A DNA stretch of 30,765 nt from an uncultured bacterium (GTDB taxonomy: Bacteria; SAR324; NAC60-12): assembly GCA_964010765.1 (NCBI GenBank), contig CAXGMD010000041.1:1-30765 (forward strand). The letters run 5' to 3'. Below are positions 25,056-30,765 of the stretch, piece by piece (position 1 is the stretch's first letter; each line of letters starts with the position of its first letter). The position numbers and the translations under genes were made by a program. The notes below the pieces were generated by a model that was given only the letters and a program-made list of their open reading frames with translations, did not search any database and was not told where the DNA came from.

Positions 25056-26225
25056 CTAGTACAATAGCTTCTTCAAGGCTTCAAGTAGGCACTGACCATC
25101 CGCTGGAGTGTTGTAGCCCTGGATCGAGATTCGGGCAATACAATGCTCCTTCCAGCGCATGACAGGAATCTCGATTTGAAATTCATCATAGAGCCGGTTC
25201 TTGATGTCTACAACATCACATTCTGGCAAAGGCAGAGAAACCATCTGCATGCCAGCCCTTAGTTCGGGCTCTACTAGGGGATTCAAGCCAGTGATGCCAG
25301 ACCACTCCTCAGCAATTTGCCAAACCAATTGGTGACAGGCTTGTTTGACTTCGGCCCAGTGGTGCTTTTCCAAGAAATCGATTGCTGCTGGAATTGCTAA
25401 CAGGGGAGCCAAGTCCCGAGTTCCTTGGAATTCAAGTGAATCAATGAAACGGGAATTTCCCAGAGCACCCTCTCCTTCGGCATCTGGGTTCCAACCGTGG
25501 CTAACGACCAATGGTTCGATCAGATGTTGCACACGAGGTTGGACATGCAGAAAGGCAGATCCCTTCGGAGTAAGCATCCACTTGTGACAGTTGCCAGAGT
25601 AGAAGTCAGCATCCAGTGCGTCTAAACTTAGCGGGATGTGACCCGGAGCATGAGCACCATCGATGACCGTCCAAATACCTCGATCCTTCGCTCGCTGAAT
25701 CAACTCTTCAATCGGAAAGGTAAGGGCAGTGGCAGATGTCAAATGGCTGAGAAAGAGAACCTTGGTTTGTGGTGTGACCTTTGACCAGATAGCTTCCGTG
25801 AATTCGGTGGCTGAAGCCAGTGGGAGAGGAACTTCGGCATGAACATACTTGGCGCCTGTCTTGCGAGCAATGAAGGTCCAGGTTTTTTCAAGCGCACCAT
25901 ATTCGTGGTCTGTCGTTAGGATTTCATCCCCTTCGTTCAGTTGTAGTGAACGAGCCACGATGTTCAGCCCTGTGGTGGCGTTGGTCACGCCTACCAGGTT
26001 GTTCGGATGTGACCCAACAAAATCTCCAAGGCGTTCCCGTACATTTCGAATTAACTTTAAGCTTCTTCTGTGCTGGTCCATGAACTCAACCGGTTGCTTT
26101 TCGAGCTCCAGTTGCCAGTACTGATAGTCTTCAAAAATGGGACGTGGACAAGCTCCAAAAGATCCGTGGTTCAGAAAGACGACATCGTCTCTCAACAGGA
26201 AGTGTTCGCGTAGGCCAAGAGCCAT
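25056..26225 (-). CDS. Class V PLP enzyme (isopenicillin N epimerase / Egt2-like C-S lyase / L-cysteine desulfhydrase group)
   Basis: 'FLNHGSFGACP', 'NATTG', 'HEYGA', 'IDGAHAPG', PLP lysine in 'GNCHKW' and 'FQGTRD'. The likely start is ATG 26225 (MALGLREHF). Confidence 0.9.
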   Translation of the reverse strand: MALGLREHFLLRDDVVFLNHGSFGACPRPIFEDYQYWQLELEKQPVEFMDQHRRSLKLIRNVRERLGDFVGSHPNNLVGVTNATTGLNIVARSLQLNEGDEILTTDHEYGALEKTWTFIARKTGAKYVHAEVPLPLASATEFTEAIWSKVTPQTKVLFLSHLTSATALTFPIEELIQRAKDRGIWTVIDGAHAPGHIPLSLDALDADFYSGNCHKWMLTPKGSAFLHVQPRVQHLIEPLVVSHGWNPDAEGEGALGNSRFIDSLEFQGTRDLAPLLAIPAAIDFLEKHHWAEVKQACHQLVWQIAEEWSGITGLNPLVEPELRAGMQMVSLPLPECDVVDIKNRLYDEFQIEIPVMRWKEHCIARISIQGYNTPADGQCLLEALKKLLY

Positions 26226-26239
26226 AAAGTCTTTCGTGT

Positions 26240-27241
26240 TTAGTTGTAAAGGTGGCAGGCAGTCCAATGACCGGGCTTGGCTTCTGCAAACATAGGAGCC
26301 GCGGTGGAACAATCAATTTTTTTGGTTTCGAAAACCTCTTGCTTACGGGGGCAACGCGTGCAGAAGGCACATCCTTTGGGAGGATTTTCTGGGCTGGGCA
26401 CTTCTCCTTCGAGCAGTACTCGTTTGGCTTCGCGTTCTCGTTCTTTTTCAGGATCAGGAATGGGAATCGCAGCAAGCAGAGACTGAGTATAAGGATGCAG
26501 CGGATCTTCGTAGATCGTGTTGCTGTCTGTCAATTCCATTACCTTCCCCAGGTACATCACCGCCATTCGATCACTGATGTGCCGAACCACTGCTAGATCA
26601 TGCGCAATGAAGAGGTAAGTCAGTTTCAATTGTTGCTGCAGGTTGCGCATCAGGTTGATGATCTGGGCCTGGATTGAAACGTCCAAGGCGGAGATGGGTT
26701 CGTCGGCCACAATGAAATCAGGTTGTGCCGAAAGAGCCCGGGCGATTCCAATCCGTTGCCGTTGTCCCCCAGAGAACTCGTGTGGATATCGATCGGCAAA
26801 TTCCCTGGCCAGACCCACCATCTCAAGGATTTTCTCAACTTCAGCGCGGATCTCAGAGCGTGGGTGCAATTGATGGATGTGCATTGGTTCGCCAATGATG
26901 TCGGCGATTTTCATCCTCGGATTCAGCGAGGCATACGGATCTTGATAGATCATCTGAAAGCGATTGCGCATCTTGCGCAAGGCCTTGCCCTCCAACTGCA
27001 CCAAATCTGTTCCACGATAGTGAACAGTGCCGGCTGTGGGCTTATAGAGTTGCAAGATACTGCGACCTAAGGTGCTTTTGCCACACCCGCTCTCACCGAC
27101 AAGTCCGAGTGTCTCCCCTTCAAAAACGTCCAGACTCACATTGTCGACCGCTTTGACCACTCGTTGAGGCCCCTTGAGGAATCCCGAAGCTTGACCAAAG
27201 TGCATTGATAAGTTTTTCACTTGGACGAGTGGTTCAGTCAT
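26240..27241 (-). CDS. oppF: Oligopeptide ABC ATPase (OppF-like)
   Basis: 'GESGCGKST', '[12 protein letters not shown]', 'HPYT' and a C-terminal Cys cluster (GCAFCTRCP...C...ACH). Confidence 0.93.
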   Translation of the reverse strand: MTEPLVQVKNLSMHFGQASGFLKGPQRVVKAVDNVSLDVFEGETLGLVGESGCGKSTLGRSILQLYKPTAGTVHYRGTDLVQLEGKALRKMRNRFQMIYQDPYASLNPRMKIADIIGEPMHIHQLHPRSEIRAEVEKILEMVGLAREFADRYPHEFSGGQRQRIGIARALSAQPDFIVADEPISALDVSIQAQIINLMRNLQQQLKLTYLFIAHDLAVVRHISDRMAVMYLGKVMELTDSNTIYEDPLHPYTQSLLAAIPIPDPEKEREREAKRVLLEGEVPSPENPPKGCAFCTRCPRKQEVFETKKIDCSTAAPMFAEAKPGHWTACHLYN

Positions 27242-27244
27242 GGT

Positions 27245-28216
27245 TCACAACTTCCCTGCGTGATGACACCAGACCGCGTGAGTGGTCGAGATCGATTGCT
27301 TCTCAGGAGGAGTTTGGCAATGCTCTGTTTGGTACAAACAGCGCTCGAGAAAAGGACAGGAAGTGGGGTAGTTAATCAGATTGGGAGGAAGTCCTTCAAT
27401 CGCTTCAAGAGGTTTTTCGGAGCGAGTGTCCAACCGGGGCAAAGAATTCAGGAGCCCTCTGCTGTAAGGATGCTGCGGCGTTTTGAAGAGTTGGTCAACG
27501 GGAGCAAACTCCACAATTTTTCCTGCATACATCACAGCTACCCGATCTGCCAGACCAGCAACAATGCCCAGATCATGTGTGATCCAGATCACGGACATCC
27601 CAATCTCTCGACGCAGTTTTTTGACAAGATCAATAATCTGTGCCTGAATGGTCACGTCCAACGCGGTTGTTGGTTCATCGGCAATCAAAACAGATGGCTC
27701 ACAAGCGAGTCCAGCTGCAATCATGATTCTTTGTCGCATACCCCCGGAAAATTGGTGGGGGTAGTGGCGATAACGTTTTTCTGCCTCCGGAATGCCTACC
27801 AGTTCCAATAGTTCAATCGCTCTACTTTTGGCGACCTTTTCAGAAATTCCCTGATGTTCAATGACCGATTCTTGGATTTGATCGCCGACGCGCAAGACAG
27901 GATTCAGGGAAGTCATCGGATCCTGGAAAACCATAGCAATTCGATTTCCCCGCAGCTCTCGCATCTCTGCATCACTCAACTGGAGGAGGTCGCGACCTTC
28001 AAAGTGAACCCTCCCTTGGACTTCGCAATCACGACTTGGGATCAGGCGCAGCAGCGATAGTACGCCAACACTCTTGCCCGATCCGCTTTCGCCAACGATC
28101 GCCAGAATCTCCTGTTTGCCCAAGCTGTAACTGATCCCATTGACGGCTTGTACAACTCCATCTGGGGTGGGGAAGTGAACGTGGAGATCTTCGACTTCTA
28201 ACAGGGCCTCATCCAT
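27245..28216 (-). CDS. oppD: Oligopeptide ABC ATPase (OppD-like)
   Basis: 'GESGSGKS', '[10 protein letters not shown]', 'FSGGMRQR' and '[15 protein letters not shown]'. The start is ATG 28216 (MDEALL). Confidence 0.93.
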   Translation of the reverse strand: MDEALLEVEDLHVHFPTPDGVVQAVNGISYSLGKQEILAIVGESGSGKSVGVLSLLRLIPSRDCEVQGRVHFEGRDLLQLSDAEMRELRGNRIAMVFQDPMTSLNPVLRVGDQIQESVIEHQGISEKVAKSRAIELLELVGIPEAEKRYRHYPHQFSGGMRQRIMIAAGLACEPSVLIADEPTTALDVTIQAQIIDLVKKLRREIGMSVIWITHDLGIVAGLADRVAVMYAGKIVEFAPVDQLFKTPQHPYSRGLLNSLPRLDTRSEKPLEAIEGLPPNLINYPTSCPFLERCLYQTEHCQTPPEKQSISTTHAVWCHHAGKL

Positions 28217-28218
28217 AT

Positions 28219-29094
28219 TCACACCCGAATTTTTTGTTTGGGGTCCAGTGCATCTCGTAAGCCGTCTCCCAGAAAGGAAAAGCCCAGCATGGTTAGCGCA
28301 ATGGCTAAGGTGGGCAATAATGCGAGATGCCAATAGACCCGAACATAGGCATTGCTGGCCCCAACCATTTTCCCCCAGCTCGCAATTGGATCGTTGACGC
28401 CCAACCCTAAAAAGCTTAGTCCAGCTTCCGCAAAAATCGCCGTTGGGATGCCTAAGCTAACGGCAATCAGGATCGGGCTCATGGCATTAGGTAGTAGATG
28501 TCGGAAGAGGATGCGCCATTCAGAAGCACCAATGCCTCGGGCAGCAGTACAGTATTCTTGTTCGCGTAACGTTAAGATCTGGGCGCGGGTGATACGGGCA
28601 ATGACAATCCAACTGGTGATGCTCAGGGCTACGATGATGGTCAGCATCCCTCCACCCAGGACGGAAATGATCAGGATGGTGAAGAGCAAGGCTGGAAAGG
28701 CAGTCATGATGTCAATGATTCTTGAAATCACAAAGTCGAAGGCGCCCCCAAAATAGCCTGCCAGCGCTCCAATCGGTAGCCCGATGGCCAGTGCAATCAA
28801 CTGCACGGAGAGACTGACCATCATTGAAGTGCGTGCTCCGTAAATCAGACGACTCAGATAGTCACGACCAACCTCATCAGTACCAAGTGGATGCTCTGGG
28901 TGATCAAAAGGCATCAGCAACACCCGATCAAAGTAGACTCGGTCGTATGCAAAGGGGGAGAGCAGATCTGCAAAAACTGCCAAGAACAGAATAAATCCCA
29001 CCAGAAACAAGCCAAGCAAGGCTAATCTATTCTGGGAAAAGCGCCGGATGGCATCCTTCAGAAAGCTGCGTCTGGTTGGTGTGGAGTTACTCAA
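28219..29094 (-). CDS. oppC: Oligopeptide ABC permease (OppC-like)
   Basis: 'DAIRRFSQNRLA', 'LGTDEVGRD', 'EAGLSFLGLG' and 'GDGLRDALDP'. The probable start is TTG 29094, just after the OppB stop. Confidence 0.9.
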   Translation of the reverse strand: MSNSTPTRRSFLKDAIRRFSQNRLALLGLFLVGFILFLAVFADLLSPFAYDRVYFDRVLLMPFDHPEHPLGTDEVGRDYLSRLIYGARTSMMVSLSVQLIALAIGLPIGALAGYFGGAFDFVISRIIDIMTAFPALLFTILIISVLGGGMLTIIVALSITSWIVIARITRAQILTLREQEYCTAARGIGASEWRILFRHLLPNAMSPILIAVSLGIPTAIFAEAGLSFLGLGVNDPIASWGKMVGASNAYVRVYWHLALLPTLAIALTMLGFSFLGDGLRDALDPKQKIRV

Positions 29095-29102
29095 GAGTGG
29101 AC

Positions 29103-30068
29103 TTAGGAAAGCGATTTGGCGCCCAGACGAACCCGTGGGTCGATCATGGTGTAGGCGATGTCCGTCAGCAGATAAAGAATTCCCCAAAGAAAAGCAATGA
29201 GGAGGAAGGTGGCCATGATCATTGGATAGTCCCTGTTCAGCGTACTTGTGACAAAGTACTTACCGAGACCGTTGATGCGGAAGGTCGATTCAATGAAGAT
29301 ACTTCCTGTGATCAGGTTGGGGATCTCAGTTCCAAGAGCAGTGACCATTGGGATCTGGGCGTTGCGGAAGACGTGCTTGCGCATCACTTTGACCTCGGAG
29401 AGTCCCTTGGCCCTGGCTGTGCGGACATAATCTTCACCCATCACTTCGACTATGCTTGCCCGGGTGTAACGGGCCACGATAGCCATCGGTGCAATCGCAT
29501 AGGCAACTACTGGTAGGATCCAATCAGTACAGAAATACTTGTCGATCAAACATTGACCAGAAGAACCCCAGCCCCCCATGGGAAGCCAGTTAAGGGAGAC
29601 AGCAAAGACCAGAATTAGCCACATCGCCACAACAAAATTGGGCACAGTGACTCCTAGGCTGGAAACAAAGGTGACTAGCGTGTCGATCCATGAGTTCTGG
29701 TGGTAGGCGGCGTAAACACCAGCTAGTATCCCAAAGCCAAAGGCAACAACAATCGTTGTAAGCCCCACCTGAACCGTAATGGCCCAGGACTTACTGATCA
29801 ACTTGGCGACCGTCGTATGAGGGCGTTGGTAGGGAATACCGAAATCGAAGCGAACCGCATGGCTCATGTAATTGATGTACTGCTTCCAAACGGGCTGATC
29901 TAAGCCGTACTTCTTGAGAATATTGGCCTTTGCGGCCGGAGGGAGGCGGCCCTTTCGTTCATCGAATGGACCGCCCGGAACGGAGTGCATCAGGGAAAAG
30001 ACGATTACGGACACAGCAAGGAGAATCATCATTAGCGCAAGAATTCTCCCACAAATGTAACCTAGCAT
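29103..30068 (-). CDS. oppB: Oligopeptide ABC permease (OppB-like)
   Basis: 'PGGPFD', 'YGLDQP', 'DYVRTARAKGL', 'NRDYP' and 'IDPRV'. Confidence 0.93.
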   Translation of the reverse strand: MLGYICGRILALMMILLAVSVIVFSLMHSVPGGPFDERKGRLPPAAKANILKKYGLDQPVWKQYINYMSHAVRFDFGIPYQRPHTTVAKLISKSWAITVQVGLTTIVVAFGFGILAGVYAAYHQNSWIDTLVTFVSSLGVTVPNFVVAMWLILVFAVSLNWLPMGGWGSSGQCLIDKYFCTDWILPVVAYAIAPMAIVARYTRASIVEVMGEDYVRTARAKGLSEVKVMRKHVFRNAQIPMVTALGTEIPNLITGSIFIESTFRINGLGKYFVTSTLNRDYPMIMATFLLIAFLWGILYLLTDIAYTMIDPRVRLGAKSLS

Positions 30069-30108
30069 ATCGTCTTAACCCCAATCAGGTTTGAGTCTGG
30101 ATTTACGT

Positions 30109-30765
30109 TTACTTCGCATTCGTGATGTAAACATTACCCCAGTACCAGTCGTTACCCCAGTGCTTCCCCGAAATTCCATTTGAATCTGGCACTCGGAAGC
30201 TGTCTCCCTGGACATATGGCTTGAAGAGGTCTCCTTGCCAGCGATGGGCAATAAAGACTCCGCCTACGTCGTCAACCAGAATCTTTTGGGCATCACGGAA
30301 CATCTGCTCCCGCTTCTTGTCATCTCCGACCAGGTTACTGGCTTCAGCCACCATGCTGTCGAACTTGTCGTTTGTCCAGGAGTGTCGTCCTGAAGAAACC
30401 CAGATTCCTAACAAGTTTGAAGGATCCAGAAAGTCCATTCCATAGGAAACGGCACCCAGAGTCAGCTGGGTCGGTTTGGCGTTGAGGGCATCCATGTAGA
30501 CCTTTCCGTCCTTGTTGGAAACCTCAATCTTGATGTTCAGGCACTGTGCAATTGAAGCGGCAGAAGCCTGATAGACAGCGCTCATCGCCGGACCCTCTCC
30601 ACGAAGCCACATCTCCTGAGCTGGGAATCCTTTCCCATCAGGATAGCCTGCATCAGCCAGGTGTTTCTTGGCCTTTGGGCAGTCGAAGGTCTGGTATTGT
30701 TTCAACTCACCCTTGGTATCAGAAGCAGGGTAACCCGGCATCAACATGGAATGCGCAGGCATCGC
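30109..30765 (-). CDS. Oligopeptide ABC substrate-binding protein (OppA-like), C-terminal part only
   Basis: 'KAKKHLADAGYPDGKGFP', 'DFLDPSNLL' and 'AQKILVDD'. The frame is open to the window edge. Confidence 0.88.
   Translation of the reverse strand, partial: AMPAHSMLMPGYPASDTKGELKQYQTFDCPKAKKHLADAGYPDGKGFPAQEMWLRGEGPAMSAVYQASAASIAQCLNIKIEVSNKDGKVYMDALNAKPTQLTLGAVSYGMDFLDPSNLLGIWVSSGRHSWTNDKFDSMVAEASNLVGDDKKREQMFRDAQKILVDDVGGVFIAHRWQGDLFKPYVQGDSFRVPDSNGISGKHWGNDWYWGNVYITNAK

Noticed and set aside
26226..26312. Extended N-termini given by the track for the class V enzyme (likewise OppD to 28333 and OppC to 29187)
   Set aside because: They overlap upstream genes. Downstream starts give normal operon spacing and family-typical N-termini.
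727..30445. Numerous 60-200 aa antisense or alternate-frame ORFs (e.g. 27221-27811, 16542-17057, 9748-10209)
   Set aside because: They lie within well-supported genes and show no recognisable motifs. They are expected shadow ORFs.
1..30765. CRISPR arrays, tRNA/rRNA, IS elements, prophage or defence systems (including ARH, SRAP and PP2C as a defence island)
   Set aside because: I saw no periodic repeats, RNA gene signatures, transposase, integrase, nuclease or toxin motifs. Those three genes are dispersed among metabolic genes.

Overview
Gene-dense bacterial chromosomal window of roughly balanced GC, devoted mostly to scavenging small organic solutes. The content of alphaproteobacterial-like transporters and catabolic enzymes resembles a marine heterotroph such as SAR324; this is an impression only and cannot be established from the window. 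In order, it holds: a truncated HisC-like aminotransferase; an EamA transporter; a GH63 (MGH1-like) hydrolase plus PIG-L deacetylase pair, divergent from a FrcK-like kinase and a second EamA; an ADP-ribosylglycohydrolase-fold gene and an amino-alcohol-kinase-like phosphotransferase; a Dpp-type ABC operon with an embedded acetamidase/formamidase; a CUT2 sugar ABC operon; an ALDH7-type dehydrogenase coupled to a small 2OG-Fe(II) hydroxylase; a secreted hypothetical protein; a minus-strand run of AraD-like dehydratase, sulfotransferase-like protein, SRAP and PP2C-like phosphatase; a 76-aa orphan; and an Opp-type ABC operon ending in a class V PLP enzyme. I saw no rRNA, tRNA, CRISPR array, transposase, integrase or transcription factor. 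No novel system can be proven from sequence alone. The best leads are: hairpin-rich leaders upstream of two ABC operons in a regulator-free region, a non-canonical Cys-containing ARH (J1-crystallin/SelJ-like), a possible microcompartment-free amide/amino-alcohol catabolic route, the ALDH7-hydroxylase pair, and a probable 1-bp frameshift in the PIG-L gene. All family assignments come from recognising motifs by eye; no searches were run.
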